From: an uncultured Actinomycetota bacterium
GTDB lineage: Bacteria > Actinomycetota > Actinomycetes > Streptosporangiales > Streptosporangiaceae
Length of the DNA stretch: 64,000 nucleotides
Assembly: GCA_963817625.1 (NCBI GenBank)
Contig: CAWFPK010000020.1
Location: forward strand, 40,185 to 104,184
Direction: 5' to 3'
The notes under the pieces are model-generated. The model was not told where the DNA came from. It worked only from the letters and a program-made list of their open reading frames with translations, and searched no databases. How positions within the stretch are numbered: position 1 is the stretch's first letter; each line of letters starts with the position of its first letter. A program made the position numbers and the translations under genes. Shown piece after piece: positions 18,010-29,030 of the stretch.

Positions 18010-18979
18010 ATTGGGCCATTAGGGTGATGAGGTCGTAGGCGACGGTGGCGGCGGCGATGGTGGTGAGCTCGGCGTGGTCGTAAGCGGGAGCGACTTCCAC
18101 CACGTCAGCGCCGACTAGCTGGAGGCCGGTCAGGCCGCGCAGCACCCTGAGCAACTCCCGGCTGGTCAGACCGCCAGCCTCCGGGGTGCCTGTGCCCGGC
18201 GCCATCGATGGGTCGAGCACGTCGATGTCGACCGACAGGTAGACGGGCAGATCGCCGACCCGGTCGGCGATCGCGTCGATGGTGCCCCTGATGCCCAGGT
18301 CATCGACGTCGCTGGTGCGCAGGGTGCGGAAGCCGAACCTGCGGTCATCGGCCAGGTCGGCCTCGCCGTAGATCGGGCCACGGATGCCGACGTGGATCGA
18401 GTGGTCCTCGACCAGCAAGCCTTGCTCGAAGGCCCGGCGGAAGATGGTGCCGTGCGTCGTCGGCGCGTTGAAGTAGGTGTCCCAGGTGTCCAGGTGCGCG
18501 TCGAAGTGCACCAGCGCGACTGGCCCGTGCTGCGCCGTCACCGCCTGCAGTAGCGGCAACGCGATGGTGTGGTCACCGCCAATCGAGACCACCCGGCGAT
18601 CGCCGGTCACCAGCTCAGCGGCATGGTCACGGATCTGGGTCATCGCCGTCGCGATGTCGAACGGCGTCACTGCCACATCGCCGGCGTCGGCCACCTGAAT
18701 CGCCTGGAATGGTGCGAGGCCAAGCTCCACGTGATAGCCGGGCCGCAGATGCCGCGAAGCCTGCCTGACCGCCATCGGCCCGAACCGCGCGCCCGGCCGG
18801 TAGGAGGTTCCGTTGTCGAAGGGAACGCCGAGGATCGCCACGTCGTAGTCGGTGACCCGGTCGATCTCTGGCAGCCGGGCGAAGGTCGCCGATCCGGCGA
18901 AGCGGGGGACGAGGCGGCCGTCGACTGGTCCGGTTGGTTCGGCTGACAAGGAAATTCCTCCGGAAGGATTGAAAGTCAA
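17975..18979 (-). CDS. ureohydrolase-family enzyme (agmatinase/guanidinobutyrase-like)
   Basis: 334 aa. Mn-binding motifs GGDHTI, DAHLDTWD, SVDIDVLDP. Confidence 0.85.
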   Translation of the reverse strand: MTFNPSGGISLSAEPTGPVDGRLVPRFAGSATFARLPEIDRVTDYDVAILGVPFDNGTSYRPGARFGPMAVRQASRHLRPGYHVELGLAPFQAIQVADAGDVAVTPFDIATAMTQIRDHAAELVTGDRRVVSIGGDHTIALPLLQAVTAQHGPVALVHFDAHLDTWDTYFNAPTTHGTIFRRAFEQGLLVEDHSIHVGIRGPIYGEADLADDRRFGFRTLRTSDVDDLGIRGTIDAIADRVGDLPVYLSVDIDVLDPSMAPGTGTPEAGGLTSRELLRVLRGLTGLQLVGADVVEVAPAYDHAELTTIAAATVAYDLITLMAQSNSTNGPTVLT

Positions 18980-19731
18980 GCTCGGGTTCTCGTGACGCCG
19001 CCGGTTGGTTGCAGCACCTGGCCGACGAATGCGCTGCCGCCGGGTCCGGCTAGGAAGGCGACCGCGCCGGCGATGTCGGCCACCGTGGCGAGCTGGCCGG
19101 TCGGGATCAGCTCCCGGTACTGCTGGCGCATCTCATCCAGGCTGATCCCTGCATCGTCCGCGTCGACCTGAAGCTGCTCGGTGTCGATGTAAGACGGGGC
19201 GATCGCGTTGGTCAGGATGCCCAGCGGTGCCAGTTCCCGGCCGAGTCCCTTGGCCAAGGCGACCAGGCCGGCCTTGGACGCCGCGTAGGCGGTGGCATTC
19301 GGGTGCCCGATCACGCCCCAGCCTGAGGCGATCAGCACGATCCGGCCACCGCCAGCGCGGCGCATCGGCGGGATGACAGCCTGCACCAGGCGGAAATGGC
19401 CGGACAGGTTGACGTCGATCTGCCGCCACCAGCGGGCTGGCTCTTGGGTAAGGAACGGTCCCATCTCCATCGCGGCGGCGTTGGCCACCAGCACGTCGAT
19501 CCGGCCGTACGCGTCGATCACGGCCGCCGCCATCGCCACTACCACCTCGGGATCGGCGATGTCGCCCGGCACAGCCAGGCCGCCGATCCGGTCGGCCAGC
19601 TGAGCCAGCCTGTTGTCGGTGGCGATATCGTTCACCGCGACAGTGAAGCCGTCGGCTGCCAGCCTGAGTGCGGTAGCGTGGCCGAGGCCTTGGGCGGCAC
19701 CGGTCACGAGTGCGACCTTCTCCGTCGTCAT
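18976..19731 (-). CDS. short-chain dehydrogenase/reductase
   Basis: ORF 18976..19881, real start ATG 19731 (MTTEKVALVTGAAQGLG). YAASKAG active-site motif. Confidence 0.85.
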   Translation of the reverse strand: MTTEKVALVTGAAQGLGHATALRLAADGFTVAVNDIATDNRLAQLADRIGGLAVPGDIADPEVVVAMAAAVIDAYGRIDVLVANAAAMEMGPFLTQEPARWWRQIDVNLSGHFRLVQAVIPPMRRAGGGRIVLIASGWGVIGHPNATAYAASKAGLVALAKGLGRELAPLGILTNAIAPSYIDTEQLQVDADDAGISLDEMRQQYRELIPTGQLATVADIAGAVAFLAGPGGSAFVGQVLQPTGGVTRTRA

Positions 19732-19733
19732 GG

Positions 19734-20441
19734 TCAGATCACCGCCCCGGCGTTGGGTGACAATACTTCGCCGCAGTACAGCTGGCCCTCGGTCGCCAGG
19801 TAATAGACCGTGGCCGCGACCTCCGCCGGTGTGACCAGTCGGCCGAGCGGGAGCGTGGCGAGATAGTCCGGCTTGCGCCACAGCGAGTCGGGTGCGAGCA
19901 GTGGGGTGTCAGTCGGCCCCGGCGCTACCGCGTTCACCCGGATCTTGGTCCCCGCGAACTCAGCCGCCAGTGACTTGATCAGCCCGAGCACCGCTCCCTT
20001 GGCCGCGACGTAATGCAAGTCGGTAGCACTGCCGCCGAGAGCCAACTCCGAGGAGATCGCGATGACCGAGCCGCTGTTCCTTGCCTGCAGGTAGGGGAGG
20101 GCCGCGGCCAGGGTGTTGACTGTGCCGCCGAGGATGACCTGCAGCATCGAGTCCCACTGCGCCTTTGCTATGGCCCAGACGTCAATGCCTTCTTCGTAGT
20201 AGCCCGCAGCGGTCACGACCACGTCAATGTGGCCGAAGGTCGCCGCGGCGGCGTCGACCGCCGCGCGGACGGCGGCGGCGTCGGTGACGTCAGCCTGAGC
20301 GGACCGGTCAGTAGCTGACGGCCGTAGGTCAATGCCCGCTGTCCGCCAGCCGCTGGCGCGGAACAACGCCGCCGTGGCTGCGCCGATGCCGCTTGCGGCA
20401 CCGGTGATGACCGCGACCTTGGCTGTATCGCTGTCGCTCAC
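19734..20441 (-). CDS. short-chain dehydrogenase/reductase
   Basis: 235 aa. TGAASGIG and YVAAKGA motifs. Confidence 0.85.
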   Translation of the reverse strand: MSDSDTAKVAVITGAASGIGAATAALFRASGWRTAGIDLRPSATDRSAQADVTDAAAVRAAVDAAAATFGHIDVVVTAAGYYEEGIDVWAIAKAQWDSMLQVILGGTVNTLAAALPYLQARNSGSVIAISSELALGGSATDLHYVAAKGAVLGLIKSLAAEFAGTKIRVNAVAPGPTDTPLLAPDSLWRKPDYLATLPLGRLVTPAEVAATVYYLATEGQLYCGEVLSPNAGAVI

Positions 20442-21907
20442 TCGCCCTCCGCATCGGTCACGACCGGGGTAAAGCCGGTGGTGGCGGCCTGGCCGCCGGG
20501 CCGGAAGATATAGCTGGAGACGGCGACCCCGATGATGCCGAGCACCACGATGACCAGGACGATGCCCCAGTTCAGATACCAGACGCCGCCGTAAGTGTTA
20601 CGCGGCCAGGCGATGTTGATGATCTCGACGATCATCCAGGCGGCCGCGAAATAAGTGACGGTCGCCGCGGCCTTGCCCATCGAGACCGGGCCAGCAGTCC
20701 AGTTGCCCCGCAGCCTGGTCACGGCCGCGCCGACCACCGGCAGTGCGTAGGAGACGAAGAAGCCGGCTGTCGCCGCGCTGAGCAGCAAGGTGAACGCGTT
20801 CGCGTTGTGGATGAACAGCAGCACTCCGGCGACGATCAACGTCAGGGCGATGGCGTGTCTGGGCAGTCGCTCAGGTCCGCTCAGCTTGCTGAGCAGGCCA
20901 GAGGCTGGCAGCTCGCGAGCCCTGGCACTGGCCCAGATAGAGCGCGAGACCGCGGCCTGCACGGCGATCATCGACGCGGTGAAGCCGATGGTCAGCATCA
21001 CCAGCAACAACCGGCCGGTGGCTGAGCCAAGGCGGGTCTCCAGCGTAGTCGCGATCGGGTTGCCGTCCTTGCCCGCCAGCACCGCGCCCAGGTCGGGCAA
21101 CGCCAAGATCAAGCCAAGCGTGGCGAACATGACCAGCAGGCCAGCTGCGAGCAACGACAGGCTAATCGCCTTGGGCAGCACGTGCCTGGCGCCCTTGACC
21201 TCCTCGGCGATCGAGCCGGCCGACTCGAACCCGACGAAGGAGAAGCCGATGAACGCCACGATCGTCAGGAACGGCCCGAACAGCCAGCCAGCACCATGCG
21301 CCGTGCCGGCACCATCGAACAGGAACGAGAAAGAGTGGGTGCGGTTAAAGAAGAGCAGCGCGATGCCGATGCCGAGGGAGGCGATCAGCTCGGCGGTCAT
21401 CGAGATGTACAGCAGGCCCTTGAGAAACTTGCTGCCGATCATGTTCGCGAAGGTGCCGAAGAGCAGCACACCAAGCGCGAGCAGGCTGGTCTGCGTTTCG
21501 GTGAGCGAGTCGAGCCCGATCGCCGGGCCGAAGAACTGAGCGGCCGCGAGCGCGACGGTGGCCAGCGCGATCGTCAGCCCCCAGCTGTAGGCCCAGTTCG
21601 CGAACCAGCCGTACCTGGCGCCGAACAGTTCGCGTGCCCAGGCGTAGACGCTGCCCTGGAATGGCCACTTGGAGACCAGGTCGCCGAAGACACCGGTGAC
21701 CGCGAGTTGGCCGATAAGCACGACGGGGAAGCCCCAGAAGAACGCCGGCCCGGCCGCGAGCAGGCCGATGAAGAAGACCGAGTAGATCCCGACGATGGGC
21801 GACACGTCGGAGAACGCGAGCGCGAACGCTGACCGGAGGGTGAAATCGCGGACAGGGGTGTGTGACAGGTCTGACGTCACGGCCTGCTCAGGCGCTATCT
21901 CCGCCAT
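20438..21907 (-). CDS. APC-family amino acid/amine permease
   Basis: ORF 20438..22006, likely start MAEIAPEQ (21907). Polytopic. Confidence 0.8.
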   Translation of the reverse strand: MAEIAPEQAVTSDLSHTPVRDFTLRSAFALAFSDVSPIVGIYSVFFIGLLAAGPAFFWGFPVVLIGQLAVTGVFGDLVSKWPFQGSVYAWARELFGARYGWFANWAYSWGLTIALATVALAAAQFFGPAIGLDSLTETQTSLLALGVLLFGTFANMIGSKFLKGLLYISMTAELIASLGIGIALLFFNRTHSFSFLFDGAGTAHGAGWLFGPFLTIVAFIGFSFVGFESAGSIAEEVKGARHVLPKAISLSLLAAGLLVMFATLGLILALPDLGAVLAGKDGNPIATTLETRLGSATGRLLLVMLTIGFTASMIAVQAAVSRSIWASARARELPASGLLSKLSGPERLPRHAIALTLIVAGVLLFIHNANAFTLLLSAATAGFFVSYALPVVGAAVTRLRGNWTAGPVSMGKAAATVTYFAAAWMIVEIINIAWPRNTYGGVWYLNWGIVLVIVVLGIIGVAVSSYIFRPGGQAATTGFTPVVTDAEGE

Positions 21908-22895
21908 GCCGGCCTCCTTCGGTGTCGTTGTCAGTTGCTGGGCGGGCGATCCAGTAGGCCGCGTCGGGCAGCACGGGCTTAGGCAGCGTCCTCGGCTTGA
22001 GGTCAAGGCTGGCGATGTGCTGCGCGAGGTCGCCGACGGTGGTGATCCACAGGTCAGGCAAAGCGGCCATCTGCTCGATCAGTTGCTCAAGCGCGTACGC
22101 CCGAGCGGGTCGGCCGGATAGGAAGGGATGGCAGGTGAGCACGAACGCGGCGCCGATTTTGTGGTAGGCCGTCAGCTCAAGCGACCACATCTGCAGTGCC
22201 TTGGCTGGGCTTTCGATCACGCCTGAGCCGATCAGGTCGGGCACGAAGGCGTACTGCTCCCAGTCGTCCAGGCCCCACCACACCGGGATCTCGGCCAAGC
22301 TGGTATCGCCGACCGCGAGCCGGTAGGGATAGTCGGCGTCCATCAGGCTGGAGTCGTAGACGAAGCCGCGATCGGCTAGCAACTGCGGCGTGTGGTAGGT
22401 CAGCTCCCACATCGGTGCCCGGTACCCGATCGGCCGGACGCCGGCCACGTCCCAGAGGGCTTGCAGACCCAAGTCGAGCATGTCGGCCTCGGTCTTGGCG
22501 TCCATGCCGATGGTGTTCTCGTGGAAATAGGAATGGTGCGCGATCTCGTGTCCGGCTTCAGCGATCGAGCGCACGGCGGCGGGATAGCGGTGTGCTGAGT
22601 AGCCAGGAACGAAGAAGGTGGCCCGCACCTGATGCCTGGCCAGCAGGTCGAGAATCCTGGGCAGCCCGGCCAGCGGCCCGTAAGCCTGGTGGCTCATCGG
22701 GCTCATCCGGTGGATTGAATTAATGTCGGCGGTCAGTGCCGCTGCCTCGGCATCGAGGTCGAAGGTAAGGCAGGCCGCGGCCGTGTAGCCCGCTGGCCAC
22801 GCCACTGGCCCGGCCGGACCGACGTGCTGGCCAGGTGCTGAGCAGAGCTGCCGTTCATGCCGGCAAGCATCGTGGCTGGTGGGGCCATTGACCAT
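21888..22895 (-). CDS. polysaccharide deacetylase (NodB-homology) family hydrolase
   Basis: 335 aa. FFVPGYSA...HEIAHHSYFHE metal/His motifs typical of the family, which also includes PuuE-type amidohydrolases. Confidence 0.7.
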   Translation of the reverse strand: MVNGPTSHDACRHERQLCSAPGQHVGPAGPVAWPAGYTAAACLTFDLDAEAAALTADINSIHRMSPMSHQAYGPLAGLPRILDLLARHQVRATFFVPGYSAHRYPAAVRSIAEAGHEIAHHSYFHENTIGMDAKTEADMLDLGLQALWDVAGVRPIGYRAPMWELTYHTPQLLADRGFVYDSSLMDADYPYRLAVGDTSLAEIPVWWGLDDWEQYAFVPDLIGSGVIESPAKALQMWSLELTAYHKIGAAFVLTCHPFLSGRPARAYALEQLIEQMAALPDLWITTVGDLAQHIASLDLKPRTLPKPVLPDAAYWIARPATDNDTEGGRHGGDSA

Positions 22896-22997
22896 CCGAC
22901 TGCGGCGCAGACTTCCCGAACGTACTCATAACGTGGTATGACGGTGGATCACGCCCAGGCCGGATGCGGCTCGGTCTACCCGCGCGGGAGGGCAGGA

Positions 22998-24557
22998 ATG
23001 ACGATGACCGTCCGCGGCCTGCTCGCGCAGCCGCGACTTGAACTCGCCCTGGTCGGCGGTGCCTCAGGACTGGACAGGGAGATCACTTGGGCGCATATCT
23101 CTGATCTGGCCGCGCCCTGGGACTATCTGGGCCCAAGTGAACTACTGCTGACCAATGGCACTGGCATCGGGTCAGCGCCGGCCGATCAGGTGCACTTCGC
23201 CGAGCGGCTGGCCAGCATTCAGGCCAGCGGGCTGGTCATTGGCCTTGGCACCGGCGGACCGCCGGTCACCGCCGAGCTGGCCAGGCGGTCAGGTGAGCTT
23301 GAGCTGCCGTTGTTGACCGTGCCTTACTCGGTGCGGTTCAGCGACATCGCGCGCACGGTCGCCGAAGGCAACGATCAGGCCGGACCCATGCCGCTTGATG
23401 ATCTGGCCCGCTTCTACGACGTGCTGCGGCTGTCGCTGGCGGCCGGCGACCTAGGCCCGGCGACCTTCGACGCGCTTGGCCAGCAGCTTGACCTGCGGTT
23501 GCACCTGATTGACGCGGAGACCGGCGCGTCGGTGTTCGACGACGAGGTCGTGCTGCCGCTCGGTCCGGCGCTCGTTCGTTGCGTGGCTGACCACGGGCAC
23601 GCTATCCCTGGTCTGCTGCGGCTGAGCCGGGACGGCAGCCTGGACGGCGAAGTCTGCGCGCTGGCGGTGGCGATTCCTGGTAATTCAGCTATCGCCTTGG
23701 TGGCTGAGCCGCTCGGCGCACGGTTGCCGACAGCGGCGATCTTGCAGCACGTGGCTATCGCCGGAGCGGTGCAGCTCGCGCAGCTAGTCGCGCAGCGCCA
23801 GCGGCTCCGTCGGCAAGGCGGTGAGTTGCTCGATCAACTGCTCGACCGGCGTCATAGCTGGCGGGTCAGCGGCGCGGCTGGGCTGGCCGGGCTCGACCCG
23901 GCGGTCGGTGTGCTGCTGGCCCTCCGGCCGGTGCGGCCAGGTGCTGAAGATGCCCTGCACCGCAGTTGCGCGCGCGCGCACGTCCCCAGCCTGCTACTGC
24001 GGCGCGGGACTGAGCTGTACGCGGCCGTGCCGCAGGCGGCGATCACCGCACTGCTGCCGCGACTGGCCGAGCTCGGCAGCCGGGTCGGCGTGAGCGACCT
24101 GCTTGGCGTGGCCGAGCGGGTGCCGGACGCGGCGGAGGAGGCGGTCTGGGCGCTGGGCATCGCGGAGGCGAACGACCTGGCGGTGGCGCGGTGCGGCGAT
24201 GGTGCCGGATTGCTGATGCCAAGAACGCCGGTCGAGGCGCAGCTGCTTGTGGATAACGTGCTCGGGGTGCTGCTGGCGCACGACCGGGAGCACGGCACCC
24301 AATACCTGGCGACGGTTCGGGCATTCATCAGGGCCGATGGTTCCTGGCAGCGCGCCGCCATCGAGGTGCACGTGCACAAGCAGACCCTCGGCTACCGGTT
24401 GCGTAAGGTGGAGGAGCTAACCGGGCGTGGGTTTTCCCGCACTGAGCATCTTGCTCACTGGTGGTTCGCTTTGCAGGCATTTGACCTGCTGACGGCCTGT
24501 CGCCGGGAGTTAGGGCAGGGTCAGTTTGCAGGGCGGGAACGAATTACGGCACAATGA
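22998..24557 (+). CDS. PucR-family transcriptional regulator
   Basis: ORF 22938..24557, ATG at 22998 (MTMTVRGLLAQPRLELALVGG). C-terminal HTH KQTLGYRLRKVEELTGR. Divergent from the ureohydrolase operon. Confidence 0.8.
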   Translation: MTMTVRGLLAQPRLELALVGGASGLDREITWAHISDLAAPWDYLGPSELLLTNGTGIGSAPADQVHFAERLASIQASGLVIGLGTGGPPVTAELARRSGELELPLLTVPYSVRFSDIARTVAEGNDQAGPMPLDDLARFYDVLRLSLAAGDLGPATFDALGQQLDLRLHLIDAETGASVFDDEVVLPLGPALVRCVADHGHAIPGLLRLSRDGSLDGEVCALAVAIPGNSAIALVAEPLGARLPTAAILQHVAIAGAVQLAQLVAQRQRLRRQGGELLDQLLDRRHSWRVSGAAGLAGLDPAVGVLLALRPVRPGAEDALHRSCARAHVPSLLLRRGTELYAAVPQAAITALLPRLAELGSRVGVSDLLGVAERVPDAAEEAVWALGIAEANDLAVARCGDGAGLLMPRTPVEAQLLVDNVLGVLLAHDREHGTQYLATVRAFIRADGSWQRAAIEVHVHKQTLGYRLRKVEELTGRGFSRTEHLAHWWFALQAFDLLTACRRELGQGQFAGRERITAQ

Positions 24558-24570
24558 TGTTGTGAAAAAC

Positions 24571-25354
24571 ATGGGACAGCACGGCTCCGCAACCGCGGCC
24601 GCCGCTCAGGACCCCGAGCGCAGCCTGCGCACGCCGGGTTCTGAGCAGGGCACGCGCGCCCGGATCGCCCGGCTGATCCTGGAGAACGGTCCGGTCAGTG
24701 CGGCGGCGCTTGGCACCACGCTCGGGTTGACCCCGGCGGCGGTGCGCCGTCATCTCGACCAGTTGCTTGATGGCGGCATGATCGAAAGCCGGTCAGCCCG
24801 GGTGTACGGCAACCGAGGCCGGGGCAGGCCAGCCCGGGTGTTCGCGATTACCGATGCGGGCCGCAGTGCTTTCGAGCACACCTATGACGATCTGGCGACC
24901 AGCGCGCTGCAGGTTCCTGGCCGAGCGCGCCGGCGATGCGGCCGTCAGCGAATTCGCCCGGCGTCAGGTGGCCGAGCTTGAACGTAAGTACCGGCCGGTG
25001 GTTGCCGCCGCGCCCGCTGGCGGTAAGGTCAGGGCGCTCGCCGAAGCGCTCTCCGCCGATGGTTATGCGGCCACTGCCACGGCCTTGGGCCATGGGGTAG
25101 CCGCCGCTGGTGAGCAACTTTGCCAGCATCACTGCCCGGTGGCGCACGTTGCGGCCGAGTATCCGCAGCTGTGCGAGGCGGAGACCGAGGCGTTCGGACG
25201 GCTGCTCGGCACCCCGGTACAGCGCCTCGCCACGATCGCTCATGGCGATGGCATGTGCACGACGCACGTCACCGCCCCGTCGCTGCGGGGCAGTACCACA
25301 ACTGCTAGCAATGCCAGCAGCGCCGATACCGAGGTCGGAGGCCTGTCCGCATGA
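24571..25354 (+). pseudogene. sufR: SufR-type ArsR/DeoR-like Fe-S regulator, reading frame broken once
   Basis: The N-terminus in the frame of ORF 24526 (ARIARLILENGPVSAAALGTTLGLTPAAVRRHLDQL...AFEHTYDDLATSAL) continues in the frame of ORF 24854 (RFLAERAGDAAVSEF...CQHHCPVAHVAAEYPQLCEAE). One extra nt near 24908-24911. Confidence 0.8.
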
Positions 25355-26766
25355 CTACTACCGTCCGCCCAGAGCTTGAAGGCCTGGACCGATACAAGTT
25401 CGGCTGGGCCGACTCCGACGTCGCCGGCGCCACCGCGCGCCGCGGCCTGTCCGAGGAGGTCGTTCGCGACATCTCGGCCAAGAAGGACGAGCCTGAGTGG
25501 ATGCTCGAAGCTGCGGCTCCGCGGCCTTGAGCTGTTCCACCGCAAGCCCATGCCGACCTGGGGCTCTGACCTGTCCGGCATCGACTTCGACAACATCAAG
25601 TACTTCGTCCGCTCGACCGAGAAGCAGGCGGCGAGCTGGGACGACCTGCCCGCCGACATCAAGAGCACCTACGACCGGCTGGGCATCCCCGAGGCGGAGA
25701 AGCAGCGGCTGATCGCCGGCGTCGCGGCGCAGTACGAGTCCGAGGTCGTCTACCACAAGATCCGCGAGGACCTTGAGGAGAAGGGCGTCATCTTCCTGGA
25801 CACCGACACCGCGCTCGCGAGCACCCGGAGCTGTTCCGGCGAGTACTTCGGCACGGTGATCCCGGCCGGCGACAACAAGTTCGCCGCGCTGAACACCGCG
25901 GTCTGGTCCGGCGGCTCCTTCATCTACGTGCCGAAGGGCGTGCACGTCGACATCCCGCTGCAGGCCTACTTCCGGATCAACACCGAGAACATGGGCCAGT
26001 TCGAGCGGACGCTGATCATCGTCGACGAGGACGCCTACGTGCACTACGTCGAGGGCTGCACGGCGCCGATCTACTCGTCGGACTCGCTGCACTCGGCGGT
26101 GGTGGAGATCATCGTCAAGAAGGGCGCTCGCTGCCGGTACACGACGATCCAGAACTGGTCGAACAACGTCTACAACCTGGTCACCAAGCGGGCGGTGGCC
26201 CAGGCGGGCGCGACCATGGAGTGGATCGACGGCAACATCGGCTCCAAGGTGACGATGAAGTACCCGGCCGTCTACCTGATGGGCGAGCGCGCCAAGGGCG
26301 AGACGCTGTCGGTGGCCTTCGCCGGCGAAGGCCAGCACCAGGACGCCGGCGCCAAGATGGTGCACTGCGCGCCGAACACCTCATCGACGATCGTGTCGAA
26401 GTCGGTCGCCCGAGGCGGCGGCCGCACCTCCTACCGCGGCCTGGTCCAGGTGCAGGAGGGCGCCGAGCACTCCAAGTCGACGGTCAAGTGCGACGCGCTG
26501 CTGGTCGACACGATCAGCCGGTCGCGACACCTACCCGTACGTCGACGTGCGCGAGGACGACGTCGAGATGGGTCACGAGGCGACGGTCTCGAAGATCTCG
26601 CGAGGATCAGCTGTTCTACCTGATGAGCCGAGGGATGACCGAGGACGAGGCGATGGCGATGATCGTGCGCGGCTTCGTCGAGCCGATCGCCCGCGAGCTG
26701 CCGATGGAGTACGCGCTTGAGCTCAACCGGCTGATCGAGCTGCAGATGGAAGGGGCGGTCGGCTGA
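25351..26766 (+). pseudogene. sufB: Fe-S cluster assembly protein SufB, about 5 frame breaks
   Basis: [19 protein letters not shown]... starts at ATG 25351. The frame changes near 25510 (+1), 25835 (-1), 25862 (+1), 26527 (+1) and 26612 (+1). When stitched, the text is canonical SufB through ...[15 protein letters not shown]. Confidence 0.85.
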
Positions 26767-27924
26767 TGAGCTCGCTCGCAGGGGCCGTCGAATCGGTCGG
26801 CCCCGTGTCTGGCTTGCACGGATCGGGCTCCTTCGATCCGTCCGATTTTGCGGTGCCGACGGGGCGTGAGGAGCAGTGGCGGTTTACGCCGCTGCGTCGG
26901 CTGCCGGGCACTGCACGACGATGCGCCGCTGGATCGTCGGCAAGGTTGGGGTCGAAGTCAGTGCCGATTCCGACATCACCGTTGAAAATGCAGAGCGCGC
27001 TGATGCTCGGATCGGCACCGCCCTCGTGCCGTCGGACCGGGTGAGCGCTCGGGCGTTCGCCGGTTTCCGCGAAGCAACAATCGTGGCCGTCCCCCCTGGC
27101 GTAGTCGCCGCGGCAACCCACTGTCATCAGTGTCGTTGGCGAGTCGGCCGAGCACGCGGCGGCTGGGCACATCGTCGTCGACATTGGAGCGAATGCATCG
27201 GCGGTGGTAGTGCTCGAGTACAGCGGCTCGGCGACGTATGCGGACAACGTCGAGTTCTTGGTGGGGGACGGGGCATCGCTGAGCGTGGTGTCAGCTTGCA
27301 GGACTGGGATGACGACGCGGTCCATCTGTCGTATCAGGCGGCGCTCGTGGGCAAGGACGCGACGTTTGCGCACACGGTGCTGTCGCTCGGCGGGTCGGTG
27401 GTGCGGGTCGCGCCCTCGGTCAAGTACTCCGGCTCCGGGGGGAACGTCGAGCTGCGCGGGCTCTACTTCGCCGACGCCGGACAGCATCTTGAGCACCGGC
27501 TGCTTCGTCGACCACAACGAGCCGAATTGCCGCAGCCGGGTCACCTACAAGGGCGCGCTGCAGGGCGAGGGCGCGCACGCGGTGTGGATCGGAGACGTGC
27601 TCATCCGGACGACTGCTGTCGGGACAGACAGCTATGAGTCAAATCGGAACCTGGTGCTGACTGACGGCACCCGAGTCGACTCGGTGCCGAACCTGGAGAT
27701 CCTGACCGGTGAAGTGGTCAGGGCCGGGCACGCGAGCACGAGCGGGCGACTGGAAGACGAGCATTTGTTTTACCTGATGGCACGCGGCATTCCGATGAAG
27801 GAAGCGCGTCGGCTGGTGATCCGGGGATTCTTCGGCTGAGCTGATCGGCCAGGTGGAAGTGCCTGAGCTGGCTGAGCGGCGTGATGGGCGCCGATCGAGG
27901 CCGAGCTTCGAGAAGGGCATGTAA
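26766..27924 (+). pseudogene. sufD: Fe-S cluster assembly protein SufD, at least 8 frame breaks
   Basis: SufD-like segments alternate among all three plus frames (ORFs 26766, 26876, 27204). Breaks lie near 26908, 26937, 27113, 27295 and 27500, with several more in 27835-27915. Confidence 0.8.
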
Positions 27925-28273
27925 TGACCAGCTTCATCCGCGCCTGCGCGGTCGGCGATTTGCCTGATCTCGGCACGCTCGCGGTCGAGCTGAATCGGCG
28001 ACGCCGCTGGTGCTGGTCAGGAGCGAGGGCGAGATCTTCGCGCTGCGACGAGTTCTGTACTCCACGAGGAGGTGTCGCTGGCGGACGGCGAGGTCTACGA
28101 CCACACCGTCGAGTGCTGGCTGCACGGCTCCTGCTTCGACCTGCGCACCGGCAAGCCGACCGGGCCCCCGGCCAGCAAGCCCGTCGCCGACCTACCCAGT
28201 GCGGATCGAGGGTGACGACGTGCTCGTCGGCCTGCCCGCACGGAACCAGGAGACAGTGAATGTCAACCCTTGA
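27924..28273 (+). pseudogene. Rieske [2Fe-2S] ferredoxin of the suf operon, several frame breaks
   Basis: MTSFIRACAVGDLPDLG..., then LVRSEGEIFAL, DEFCT(H)EEVSLADGEVYDHTVECWLHGSCFDLRTGKPTG and YPVRIEGDDVLV lie in different frames. The CxH...CxxH Rieske ligands are recognisable. Confidence 0.75.
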
Positions 28274-29030
28274 GATCCGTGACCTGCACGTGCCGTGTCG
28301 TCCGGGCCGACGGTGAGCAGCCAGGAGATCCTGCGCGGCGTTAACCTGACGGTGGCGTCCGGGCGAGACGCACGCGATCATGGGTCCGAACGGCTCGGGC
28401 AAGTCGACTCTGGCGTACTCCATTGCCGGGCACCCTAAGTACCAGGTCACCAGTGGCAGCGTCACGCTTGACGGAGAAGACGTACTGGCGATGAGCGTCG
28501 ACGCGCGGGCCAGGGCTGGCCTGTTCCTGGCCATGCAGTACCCGGTCGAGGTGCCGGGCGTGACCGTGTCGAACTTCCTGCGCACGGCAGTGACCGCGGT
28601 ACGCGGCGAGGCGCCGAAGCTGCGGGAGTTCGTCAAGGAGCTGCAATGGCGCGATGAAGGCCTGTCCATCGACCCGGCGTTCGCCCAGCGCAACCTCAAC
28701 GAAGGCTTCTCCGGCGGCGAGAAGAAGCGGCACGAGATCCTGCAGCTCGAGCTGCTCAAGCCGAAGATCGCGATCCTGGACGAGACCGACTCGGGTCTCG
28801 ACATCGACGCGCTCAAGGTCGTGTCCGAGGGCATCAACGAGTACCGCGAGAACTCGGATCACGGGGTGCTGCTGATCACCCACTACACCCGGATCCTGCG
28901 CTACGTCCGGCCAGACTTCGTGCACGTCTTCGTCGGCGGCAGGATCGTGGAGGAAGGCGGACCTGAACTGGCTGACGAGCTCGAGGCGAACGGCTACGAG
29001 CGCTTCTTGAACGCTGGGGCGGTCGCATGA
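28260..29030 (+). pseudogene. sufC: Fe-S cluster assembly ATPase SufC, three +1 insertions in the first 105 nt
   Basis: MSTLEIRDLHV (frame 0), VVRADGEQ (+1), QEILRGVNLTVASG (+2), ETHAIMGPNGSGKST... The inserted C residues are at about 28293, 28321 and 28364. The rest (ORF 28380..29030) is intact. Confidence 0.85.
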
